This document shows, piece by piece, positions 48,918 to 57,218 of a DNA stretch of 64,000 bases; the stretch's first letter is position 1, and each line of letters opens with the position of its first letter. Made by a program: the position numbers and the translations under genes. This DNA is from Patescibacteria group bacterium. GTDB taxonomy: Bacteria > Patescibacteriota > Minisyncoccia > Minisyncoccales > JAQTPW01. The stretch lies in NCBI GenBank assembly GCA_043804755.1, contig JAZDIT010000044.1:24-64023 (forward strand). The letters are read 5' to 3'. The notes below the pieces were generated by a model. It was given only the letters and a program-made list of their open reading frames with translations, was not told the DNA's origin and ran no database searches.

Positions 48918-49340
48918 ATGGCTAAAAAGATAAAAGCGGTACTTAAATTGCATATTCCTGCTTCACAAGCTACTCCCGCGCCTCCCGTAGGACCGGCTTT
49001 GGCTCAGCACGGATTAAACATTATGGAATTCTGCCAGAAATTCAATGCCGCTACAAAAGATCTGGTTGGCTTTAAAATTCCCGTTGAAATCATCGTTTAC
49101 GAAAACAGGACATATGATTTTGTTTTGCATCAGCCGCCTGCGTCAGAACTATTGAAAAAAGCTTTAGGAATCGAAAAGGGTTCAGGCGAACCCAATAAGA
49201 CCAAAGTCGCCAAGATCACGAAAGCTCAGCTTCGCGAAATTGCTGAAAAGAAAATGCAGGATCTGAATGCAAACGATATTGAAGCTGCGATGAAGATTAT
49301 CGAAGGAACTGCTAAAAACATGGGAATTACTGTTGAGTAA
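48918..49340 (+). CDS. rplK: 50S ribosomal protein L11
   Basis: L11 family ([19 protein letters not shown]). Confidence 0.95.
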   Translation: MAKKIKAVLKLHIPASQATPAPPVGPALAQHGLNIMEFCQKFNAATKDLVGFKIPVEIIVYENRTYDFVLHQPPASELLKKALGIEKGSGEPNKTKVAKITKAQLREIAEKKMQDLNANDIEAAMKIIEGTAKNMGITVE

Positions 49341-49354
49341 TTCCTGTTTTTTAT

Positions 49355-49894
49355 ATGGCACAAAGACCATCAAAAGACGAATATTATCTCAATATTTCGA
49401 GACAAATCGGTTTAAGATCAACCTGTTTTAGAAATAAAGGGGGCGCGCTTATTGTTCGCGAAGATCAGATTGTTGCCACCGGTTATATCGGCGCTCCGAG
49501 GAAGACAAAAGACTGTTTGGAAAGAGGTGAATGCTTAAGAGACAGATTAAAAATTCCTCACGGGAAAAGGTACGAGATGTGTCGTTCGGTGCATGCCGAA
49601 ATGAATGCGATAGTCAACGCAGCCAGAGCTGGAGTAAGTCTTCTCGGCGCGGATATTTACATTTCCTTTGAAAATCCTAAAGATGGTACTCCTAGAGACA
49701 GTTTTCCGTGCTTTATATGCAAAAAATTAATCATCAATTGCGGAATAAACAGGGTAGTTTGTTCTACCGCAGAAGATAAAATGATAACCTTTCGGGTGTC
49801 TGATTGGGTTAAAGATTGGCAGGAAAAGGATCTCGTGGACGATGAACATCAATTCGGCACAGATTTAAATCTCAAGGAAGGACTCAAGGAATAA
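49355..49894 (+). CDS. dCMP deaminase (cytidine/deoxycytidylate deaminase family)
   Basis: HAEMNAI ... PCFICKKLI zinc-binding motifs. Confidence 0.85.
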   Translation: MAQRPSKDEYYLNISRQIGLRSTCFRNKGGALIVREDQIVATGYIGAPRKTKDCLERGECLRDRLKIPHGKRYEMCRSVHAEMNAIVNAARAGVSLLGADIYISFENPKDGTPRDSFPCFICKKLIINCGINRVVCSTAEDKMITFRVSDWVKDWQEKDLVDDEHQFGTDLNLKEGLKE

Positions 49895-49895
49895 C

Positions 49896-50468
49896 ATGCA
49901 AAATAAAATTGTTTGCGTTGTGGGTATGGCGGGTTCGGGAAAGAGCATAGTGTCTGATGAGCTGGTTAAAACCGGCTTTTTATATTTAAGATTCGGTCAG
50001 ATCACACTTGATAAAATCAAAGAAGATGGACTTGAAGTAAATGAGGTTAATGAAAAAAAAGTGAGGGAGGATTTTAGAAAACAGTTTGGAATGGGGGCTT
50101 TTGCAATTTTGAACATTCCTAAAATTGAAGAATTGCTAAAAAAGACAAATGTGGCAGTTGACGGACTTTACAGCTGGTCGGAATACAGAATCCTAAAGGA
50201 GAAATACGGCGATTCGATGTATGTTGTGGCAGTGTATGCTCCGCCGAAAATGAGGTATGATAGATTAGAAAATCGGAGTGCCGAAAATGACAATAATAAC
50301 CGTTTCCGGCCGTTCACAAGAAAAGAAGCAAAGAATAGAGATTACGCAGAGATCGAAAACATAGAGAAGGGGGGACCGATCGCGATGGCGGATTTCACCA
50401 TAATGAATACCGGTACGACAGATGAACTTAAAAAAGAGATTAATAAATTTTTAACGCTTATTGGATAA
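49896..50468 (+). CDS. P-loop nucleoside/nucleotide kinase of unknown specificity
   Basis: GMAGSGKS Walker A; NMP-kinase-like size; sits between dCMP deaminase and tmk. Confidence 0.45.
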   Translation: MQNKIVCVVGMAGSGKSIVSDELVKTGFLYLRFGQITLDKIKEDGLEVNEVNEKKVREDFRKQFGMGAFAILNIPKIEELLKKTNVAVDGLYSWSEYRILKEKYGDSMYVVAVYAPPKMRYDRLENRSAENDNNNRFRPFTRKEAKNRDYAEIENIEKGGPIAMADFTIMNTGTTDELKKEINKFLTLIG

Positions 50469-50473
50469 ACACC

Positions 50474-51106
50474 ATGCAAAAAAACACATATCCCGGGAAA
50501 TTCATAGTTTTTGAAGGTTTGGACGGTTCGGGGCAGAGCACGCAGGCAGGAAAATTAGTTGATTTTTTGAACGAACCGAAACAAAAATTAAAATTCGGGC
50601 ATACCGGTGCTCATCTTACAAAAGAGCCTACTTCATACTTGATAGGAGGTCTCCTCAGAAGCCAATTGAGTGGAGATTGGAAATCTTCGCAGGAATGTCT
50701 CCAATTGCTTTTTTCAGCCGATAGAGCACATCATTTGGAGAAAGAAATTATTCCCTTGCTTGAAAGAGGAGTAACTGTTGTTTGCGATCGTTATTTTTTT
50801 TCAACAATGGCTTACGGTTCTTTGGATATAAAAGATAAAAAATGGTTGGTAGATTTGAATAGAAATTTTCTGTATCCCGATATAACTTTTTTATTAAAAG
50901 TTTCTCCGAAAGTCTGTATAGAAAGAATTAATAAAACTCGTTACGGAGTAACTTTATTTGAGAAAGAGCAATCATTAGCGAAGGTATGGCAGAATTTTAT
51001 TGTTCTACCAAAGAAATTCAAAAACATCCATGTTATTAATGGAGAAAAATCAGTTGACAAAGTTTTTGAAGACATACGGAAGATTATAAATGGGAAATTA
51101 GTATAA
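50474..51106 (+). CDS. tmk: Thymidylate kinase
   Basis: FIVFEGLDGSGQST P-loop; DRY motif. Confidence 0.88.
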   Translation: MQKNTYPGKFIVFEGLDGSGQSTQAGKLVDFLNEPKQKLKFGHTGAHLTKEPTSYLIGGLLRSQLSGDWKSSQECLQLLFSADRAHHLEKEIIPLLERGVTVVCDRYFFSTMAYGSLDIKDKKWLVDLNRNFLYPDITFLLKVSPKVCIERINKTRYGVTLFEKEQSLAKVWQNFIVLPKKFKNIHVINGEKSVDKVFEDIRKIINGKLV

Positions 51107-52401
51107 TGGCGAAAATCTTCGTTTACGATGAATTTGCACCCGAGGACATTGCGATGATGCAGGCTCTTTATTCGAGGAGCCCAAAAAGCGTTACAGAGCA
51201 TGTTGAACAGGTAAAACAGACTGGCTCGGGCAAGTTCATGGAACGGTTTTATGTCGGTTACGGACATGCGAGCATTGCCGATTGCGGAAGTACCACCATT
51301 TTTATCGAAGGAATCAGCATTTTGGGGGATAAAGCAATCCAGGATTGGCCTTTTTACAGCGGACAGGAAACAAGCACCCGGTATGTTGATATGGCCAAAA
51401 GACCGATTGTCGATCCGATAGGCACGGGAGCATCGAAAAAGATACTCGATAAATGGATGGCATTCTACGCGGAAAATCTGCCCTTGATGGAAAGATTTTT
51501 AACAGGAAAGTACCCCAAAAAAGAATCCGACGATGAAAATGTTTACAAAAAAGCAATCAAAGCAAGAGCATTTGACATTTTGAGGGCATTTTTGCCAGCA
51601 GGAATCACAACACAACTTAGCTGGCACACAAATCTGAGGCAGGCTTGGGACAAGCTTTCCATTTTAAGGTATCACCCGTTAGATGAGGTCAGAACGACTG
51701 CAGAAAGCATCCTTGCAAAATTAAAAGAAAAGTATCCGCATAGTTTCAGCCATCGTCCGACGGAAGAGCAGGAGAGTTACAGGGAATATGCCGGCAAGAA
51801 TTACTTTTTATTCAATCCGCCGAAAGAAGAGGTGGTTGAATTTTCTTTAAAAACAGACATTAAGAAGGAAGAGTTGGAGAAATATAAGGATATAACAGAG
51901 AACAGACCCCCAAGGACGGGTCTCCCCATCTTCCTTTTCGAGTTGGGAATCTTGACCTTTGATCTTATTTTAGATTACGGCTCTTTCAGAGATTTGCACA
52001 GACACAGAAATGGGATTTGTCGGGTTCCGCTTTTGAGAACGGATATAGGGTTCAATCCCTGGTATCTGGAAGAATTGCCGGCCGATATAAAAGAAAAAGC
52101 TCTAAAACTTATAGAAGAACAGAAAGAGACAATCACGAAATTAAATGCGCCTCCGGAGATTTTGCAATATTATATCGCTCTCGGGTTCAATGTGCCATGC
52201 CACATTACTTACGGTTTGCCCGCGACCGTTTATGTCGTAGAATTGAGATGCGGGAAAATGGTACACCCGACTTTGAGAAAAATTGCGTTCAAGATGAGAG
52301 AGGCCTTGCTTGATAGATTTCCGAATCTTAAAATGAATTGCGACCTGGAACCCAGCGAATGGGACGTTTCAAGGGGTCTTCAGGATATAATAAAGAAATA
52401 A
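51106..52401 (+). CDS. ThyX-like (flavin-dependent thymidylate synthase family) protein, apparent tandem pseudo-dimer
   Basis: Second half has an RHR motif (LHRHRNG); first half has a GH...S..E.S.RY block resembling the ThyX substrate-binding region; 431 aa is about twice a ThyX monomer. Confidence 0.45.
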   Translation: MAKIFVYDEFAPEDIAMMQALYSRSPKSVTEHVEQVKQTGSGKFMERFYVGYGHASIADCGSTTIFIEGISILGDKAIQDWPFYSGQETSTRYVDMAKRPIVDPIGTGASKKILDKWMAFYAENLPLMERFLTGKYPKKESDDENVYKKAIKARAFDILRAFLPAGITTQLSWHTNLRQAWDKLSILRYHPLDEVRTTAESILAKLKEKYPHSFSHRPTEEQESYREYAGKNYFLFNPPKEEVVEFSLKTDIKKEELEKYKDITENRPPRTGLPIFLFELGILTFDLILDYGSFRDLHRHRNGICRVPLLRTDIGFNPWYLEELPADIKEKALKLIEEQKETITKLNAPPEILQYYIALGFNVPCHITYGLPATVYVVELRCGKMVHPTLRKIAFKMREALLDRFPNLKMNCDLEPSEWDVSRGLQDIIKK

Positions 52402-52403
52402 AT

Positions 52404-53096
52404 ATGGAAATTTCAAAATTAATCGACCAGACATTTTTAAAAGCTGATGCGACAGATGAAGAGATAAAAAAGGTTTGCGAAGAGACGGCGAAATACGGAT
52501 TCCGCGGGCTTTGTGTTTTACCCCAGCACACGAAATTGGCCAAAGAGTTGCTGAGGAATTCCGGAGTCAAAGTCACGACTCTGATTGATGAGCCGACTGG
52601 TGCGAGTTTGCATGAAAGAAGAATAGAAATGGTAAGAAAGGCGAAAGAGGACGGTTCCGATGAAGTTGATGTTGTTATGAAGATCGACATTTTCAAAAAC
52701 GGAAAATACGGTGAGGTTTTGGCCGATCTCAAGGAAATTACACCGATTCTTCCCACGAAAGTGATCATTGGTTCCGGTTATCTTACCGACGAAGAGATTA
52801 AGAAAGCATCTGAAACAGTAAAGGAATCCGGAGCAATTTGCGTAAAGACCGCTACCGTGAATGATCCTTTGGATCATTCGGAATTGGATGAAAAGACGAA
52901 ACATGTGAGAATAATGCGGGAATCAGCACCAGGATTATTGATAAAAGCGGCAGGTTCAATAAGAACTTTAGCTGATTTAAAACAGATATTTGAAGCCGGA
53001 GCTGATATCATCGGAACCAGTTCCGGTGTTGAAATCGTAAATGAAGCAACCGGTGCCGGGATAACAACTGACGAGGAGTGGAGGAAAATAGAGTAG
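52404..53096 (+). CDS. deoC: Deoxyribose-phosphate aldolase
   Basis: DeoC family (IDQTFLKADATDEEI, VKT Schiff-base lysine region); start moved to the ATG at 52404. Confidence 0.8.
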   Translation: MEISKLIDQTFLKADATDEEIKKVCEETAKYGFRGLCVLPQHTKLAKELLRNSGVKVTTLIDEPTGASLHERRIEMVRKAKEDGSDEVDVVMKIDIFKNGKYGEVLADLKEITPILPTKVIIGSGYLTDEEIKKASETVKESGAICVKTATVNDPLDHSELDEKTKHVRIMRESAPGLLIKAAGSIRTLADLKQIFEAGADIIGTSSGVEIVNEATGAGITTDEEWRKIE

Positions 53097-53254
53097 GGCG
53101 CTCAGGTAATGTTTTCCAAGGATATACAATAATTTTCCCAGCGTGAAAATTTTGTTCATTTCTCGGCTCGCTGTTTGTAACCATGCCAGCTCGCCTGCGA
53201 AGTGCTCCTTGCAAAGCATTGCCCTCGCTTTGGGAGAAAAATAAAATAAATAAA

Positions 53255-54703
53255 ATGCCTTATAAACCAACAATCGGGCTGGAAATTCACATAGAGCTGA
53301 ATACCAAAACGAAGATGTTCTGCGGTTCTTTGAACAACCCGGAAGAAAGACGTCCCAACGTCAATGTTTGCCCCGTCTGTATGGGCCATCCGGGAACTTT
53401 GCCCGTCATAAACGAAGAAGCGGTCAAAAAGACAATCAAAACTGGCCTTGCTCTAAACTGCCAAATTCCCGAATATTCCAAGTTTGACAGGAAAAATTAT
53501 TTTTATCCCGACCTGCCGAAGGGCTATCAGATTTCACAGTACGATATGCCTCTTTGCAAGGAAGGATATCTGGAAATTACCGGAAGAAAAATCAGAATAA
53601 CGCGCGTTCATCTGGAAGAAGATACCGGAAGGTTGATACATCCCGAGGGAGCCGGTTATTCCCTGGTTGATTTTAACAGGGCAGGAATTCCGTTGATGGA
53701 ACTTGTAACCGAGCCGGATATCGGTTCTGGCCAGGAAGCCAAAGATTTCGCCGAAGAACTACATCGAATTTTACATTACCTTGAAGTTTCCGATGCTGAT
53801 ATGGAAAAAGGCGAAATGCGAGTAGAAGTAAACATTTCTCTTTCAAAAAATGAGAAACTGGGGACAAAAGTTGAAATCAAAAACTTGAATTCATTCCGTT
53901 CAGTTGAGAGGGGAATTGATTTTGAAACCAAAAGGCAAGCCGAATTGCTAGAGAAGGGAGAAAAAATCATTCAGGAAACCCGGGGTTGGGATGACGTAAA
54001 GGGAATCACTTACAGCCAGCGGGAAAAAGAAGAAGCCCACGATTACAGATATTTTCCCGAACCGGATCTCCCTCCGCTTCATTTTGTTCCAGAATACATT
54101 ACAAAAATACGTGCCGAAGTTTCGGAATTGCCTCAGCAAAAACGGGCAAGATTCAAAAGGGAATTTGAATTGGATGAGAAAACGATTGAAATTTTTGTCC
54201 AAAATAAACACCTTGGAGAGTATTTCGAAAAAGTCATCAGTGAGTTTGGACCCAACCTCTCGCACGAGAAAATTATGGATCTCATAAAGCTTGCGTCAAA
54301 TTACCTGATTTCCGACCTGCTCGGATTGCTGAAAGGAGAGCCAATATCCGGGAATTTCCCGATAACTCCTGAAAACTTCGCACAGTTTATAGGTCTTATT
54401 TGCGATGAAAAAATATCCAGTAAACTGGCAAAGCAAATCTTGCCTGAAATGTTTACAACAGGTGCCGATCCCAACCATATTATAGAAGAAAAAGGGTTGG
54501 AACAGATAACCGATAAATTGGAGATTGAAAACATAATAAGAGAGATAATCGCAAAAAATCCCAAAGTTGTTGAGGACTACAAAAGAGGAAAAGAAAACTC
54601 TGTGCAGTTTCTTATAGGTCAGATAATGGCCCAAACGAATGGTAAAGCCAATCCCCAAATAGCCAGGGGAACATTGCTGGAAGAATTGACAAAACTGAAA
54701 TAA
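53255..54703 (+). CDS. gatB: Glu/Asp-tRNA amidotransferase subunit B
   Basis: GatB family; start moved to the ATG at 53255 (MPYKPTIGLEIH). Confidence 0.92.
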   Translation: MPYKPTIGLEIHIELNTKTKMFCGSLNNPEERRPNVNVCPVCMGHPGTLPVINEEAVKKTIKTGLALNCQIPEYSKFDRKNYFYPDLPKGYQISQYDMPLCKEGYLEITGRKIRITRVHLEEDTGRLIHPEGAGYSLVDFNRAGIPLMELVTEPDIGSGQEAKDFAEELHRILHYLEVSDADMEKGEMRVEVNISLSKNEKLGTKVEIKNLNSFRSVERGIDFETKRQAELLEKGEKIIQETRGWDDVKGITYSQREKEEAHDYRYFPEPDLPPLHFVPEYITKIRAEVSELPQQKRARFKREFELDEKTIEIFVQNKHLGEYFEKVISEFGPNLSHEKIMDLIKLASNYLISDLLGLLKGEPISGNFPITPENFAQFIGLICDEKISSKLAKQILPEMFTTGADPNHIIEEKGLEQITDKLEIENIIREIIAKNPKVVEDYKRGKENSVQFLIGQIMAQTNGKANPQIARGTLLEELTKLK

Positions 54704-54714
54704 TCTCGTATAAT
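54686..54714 (+). promoter_or_regulatory. Perfect consensus sigma70 promoter TTGACA-17-TATAAT upstream of mraZ
   Basis: 6/6 and 6/6 hexamers with a 17-nt spacer; AAGGAGG ribosome-binding site and ATG follow at 54738-54755. Confidence 0.65.
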
Positions 54715-54752
54715 ATTAAACTATAACGTTCATTCATAAGGAGGCGGGGAAA

Positions 54753-55184
54753 ATGGTTACGAGAGGATTTTTCGGCTCGCATTTGTGTCGTCTCGCTGGA
54801 AACAGATTGCCGCTTCCGAGTAAATATCGTTCAGCATTCGGAGGGAAAGCGTTTATCGGGTTGAGCCCTGATAAATGTTTGGTTCTGTTTCCTGACTTTC
54901 CCGGAAAATTTCCGGGGACGATTACAGTGCAGGAAATTTCTGTGTGTAGCGGCAGTTTGATTACTCTGTCAAGGATCACAACTGCCAAAGAGGTGGTAGT
55001 TGCAGGTTGCGGGGATTATCTTGAGATCTGGGACAGTTTTAAAAGGTGGGAAAAAGAAAAAAAGAAAGCACAGAGGTTTTTGTTTAAATTGTTGAAGACA
55101 AAGGAGGATAGCGCATGGATGTTATTCTTGAGGAACTTCGCAAGAAATTTCCTCCGTTTAATAGCAATTGGTCTGGGGAAATAA
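54753..55184 (+). CDS. mraZ: Transcriptional regulator MraZ
   Basis: Two MraZ-type repeats (GNRLPLPSKYR...CLVLFP and ...DYLEIWDSFKRW). Confidence 0.7.
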   Translation: MVTRGFFGSHLCRLAGNRLPLPSKYRSAFGGKAFIGLSPDKCLVLFPDFPGKFPGTITVQEISVCSGSLITLSRITTAKEVVVAGCGDYLEIWDSFKRWEKEKKKAQRFLFKLLKTKEDSAWMLFLRNFARNFLRLIAIGLGK

Positions 55185-55242
55185 AAAGGCGATGGCGGGA
55201 GTCGCGTAAACTTCTGAATTCTCGCCTTCGGGCAAGCAAAAA

Positions 55243-55270
55243 GCGCGGATAGTCGATGACTGTCCGCGCT
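55243..55270. terminator. Bidirectional terminator between mraZ and convergent miaA (GCGCGGATAGTC-GAT-GACTGTCCGCGC)
   Basis: 12-bp stem with one mismatch; T-run on the minus side. Confidence 0.7.
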
Positions 55271-55271
55271 A

Positions 55272-56174
55272 TTAATTTAGAAAAGGCTTAATCAGTTTCT
55301 CTGTTTCTATGTAGTTTTTTATCCAGTGTATGCGTTTGTCTCTTTTGAACCATGTCATCTGGCGTTTTGAGAAATGTCTAATTTTCTTTTGAAGGAGTTC
55401 AACCATTTCCTTATAACTTATTTTTTTCTGCAGATATAGGGCGATATATCGGTATTCCAAGCCAAATTCTTCCAATCTTTTCCAGGAAATTCCCGATTTG
55501 CGGAGTTTTTTTATTTCCGAAACCATTCCCGACTTCAATCTTCTTAGAAGGCGTTTGCGGATTAATTTTTTAAGTTCATCAGGTTCTTTTTTAACGCCAA
55601 TCAATAAAACGGGATAGGGGAGCGGTTTTCCTTTTAAAACAGGTATAGGTTTTTTAGTTTTTCTGACTATTTCAATCGCCCTTATCAGTCTTCGTGGATT
55701 ATTTTTATCAATGTTTCTTGCCCTTTTTGGGTCTAGTTCTTTCAAAATATCGTAAAGTTCTTTTACCGATTTTTTTTCAAGTTTTTTTCTTAGTTCCCAG
55801 TCAGGAATAACTTCAGGAATTATCGTTCCGTCTATCAGCGACTGTATATAGAATCCGGTTCCGCCGCAGATAATCGGAATTTTTTTCTTGGTGAAAATTT
55901 TATTCAGAGCTTTTTCCGCCAATTCCCTGTATTCCGTAACGGTGAATCTTTTTTTGGGACTGGAAACATCCAAAAGATAATGGGGAATATTCCGCATTTC
56001 TTTTTTAGTCACCTTGCCAGTCCCGATATCCATTCCTCTGTAAACCTGTCTGGAATCGGCCGAAATCACTTCTCCATCGAATTTTTTCGCAAGTTTTACG
56101 GCTAGGTCGGATTTGCCCGAAGCAGTGGGGCCCAAAACAACAATTATTTTTCTATTTATTTTTGGTTTTTTCAT
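55272..56174 (-). CDS. miaA: tRNA dimethylallyltransferase
   Basis: GPTASGKS P-loop; MiaA family. Confidence 0.9.
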   Translation of the reverse strand: MKKPKINRKIIVVLGPTASGKSDLAVKLAKKFDGEVISADSRQVYRGMDIGTGKVTKKEMRNIPHYLLDVSSPKKRFTVTEYRELAEKALNKIFTKKKIPIICGGTGFYIQSLIDGTIIPEVIPDWELRKKLEKKSVKELYDILKELDPKRARNIDKNNPRRLIRAIEIVRKTKKPIPVLKGKPLPYPVLLIGVKKEPDELKKLIRKRLLRRLKSGMVSEIKKLRKSGISWKRLEEFGLEYRYIALYLQKKISYKEMVELLQKKIRHFSKRQMTWFKRDKRIHWIKNYIETEKLIKPFLN

Positions 56175-57162
56175 TTATCAATTTGTTTAGGATTTTCCAC
56201 CTCCTTATTTTTTCCATTGAAGAGATGTTATCTTTCATTTTCGAAACCGCGGTTTCCGGACGCGGAGAGTATTTATTCACAAACGCAATGTCAAACTTCA
56301 AATCTTTCGCGAACTTTCTTGTATTCTCGAATTGCAGCCGTGTTTCACCCGGAAATCCGACGATGAAATCGGTGGCCAGATTAACATCCGGGATTTTTTT
56401 CCTTATTTTTTCGATTAGTTTTTTATATTCCCTTGCAGTATAAGTGCGGTTCATCAATTTTAAAATTTTATCGTCTCCCGACTGTACTGGAATGTACAGA
56501 TATTTTGATATTTTTTTATTTCCGGCAATCGTGTTGATAAGCTTATCCGAAAAATCTTTCGGGTTAGAAGACAGAAAATGAATTGAGAAGTCTCCGGTAA
56601 TATCGCTTACTTTCTTGAGCAGTTTTGCGAAATTAATGTTTCCCGCTTTATAATCATTAACATTCTGTCCGAGAAGACATATCTCTTTGTAGCCATTTTT
56701 AACCGCTCGTTTTGCTTCCCTGATGATTTCTTCTGAAGGACGGCAGGACAGACTGCCTCTTGTTTGCGGAACGACGCAATATGTGCAGGAATTTTTGCAT
56801 CCGTAGGAAATCGGGATCAAAGCTCTTTTATCGTTCCTGCAAGGAGAAGTGTCGGAATACTTTTTATTGTCGATAAAGAGATCAAATTTATCTTTAAGTT
56901 TTTTCAGGTCTTGTTTTAAAACACAGCCAGCCAGCGCTATTTTGAGTTTTGGATTTTTATCTTTAAGTTCTTGAAAGTTTTTGACAACGCCATAAATCCT
57001 GTCTACGGCAGATTGCCTTACCGAGCACATATTTACCACCAAAAAATCCGCTTCGATGATATCCAGGGCGGGTTTATATTTTTTTCTTTCCAAATCCGCC
57101 GCGATTCTCTCCGAGTCCGATTTATTCATCTGACAGCCGTAGGTAAGGATAAAGTATTTCAT
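56152..57162 (-). CDS. Radical-SAM methylthiotransferase (MiaB/RimO family) without the C-terminal TRAM domain
   Basis: N-terminal MTTase domain plus CKNSCTYC radical SAM motif; 336 aa. Confidence 0.75.
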   Translation of the reverse strand: MKYFILTYGCQMNKSDSERIAADLERKKYKPALDIIEADFLVVNMCSVRQSAVDRIYGVVKNFQELKDKNPKLKIALAGCVLKQDLKKLKDKFDLFIDNKKYSDTSPCRNDKRALIPISYGCKNSCTYCVVPQTRGSLSCRPSEEIIREAKRAVKNGYKEICLLGQNVNDYKAGNINFAKLLKKVSDITGDFSIHFLSSNPKDFSDKLINTIAGNKKISKYLYIPVQSGDDKILKLMNRTYTAREYKKLIEKIRKKIPDVNLATDFIVGFPGETRLQFENTRKFAKDLKFDIAFVNKYSPRPETAVSKMKDNISSMEKIRRWKILNKLINEKTKNK

Positions 57163-57181
57163 CTTTTACATATTAAAATAG

Positions 57182-57206
57182 AAAAACAGCTCCTTTGGGC
57201 TGTTTT
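57182..57206. terminator. Terminator-like hairpin (A5-CAGCTCCTTTGGGCTG-T4) between minus-strand genes
   Basis: Palindrome with flanking A and T runs. Confidence 0.45.
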
Positions 57207-57218
57207 CCTTATTTTCAA

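Noticed and set aside
52338-52403. Upstream extension of deoC (MRPGTQRMGRFKGSSGYNKEIN)
   Set aside because: It overlaps the 3' end of the ThyX-like gene. The conserved DeoC N-terminus begins at the ATG at 52404.
53097-53254. GC-richer 158-nt region upstream of gatB, considered as a small RNA or riboswitch
   Set aside because: Only weak, imperfect palindromes and no convincing promoter/terminator pair. Noted but not supportable from sequence alone.
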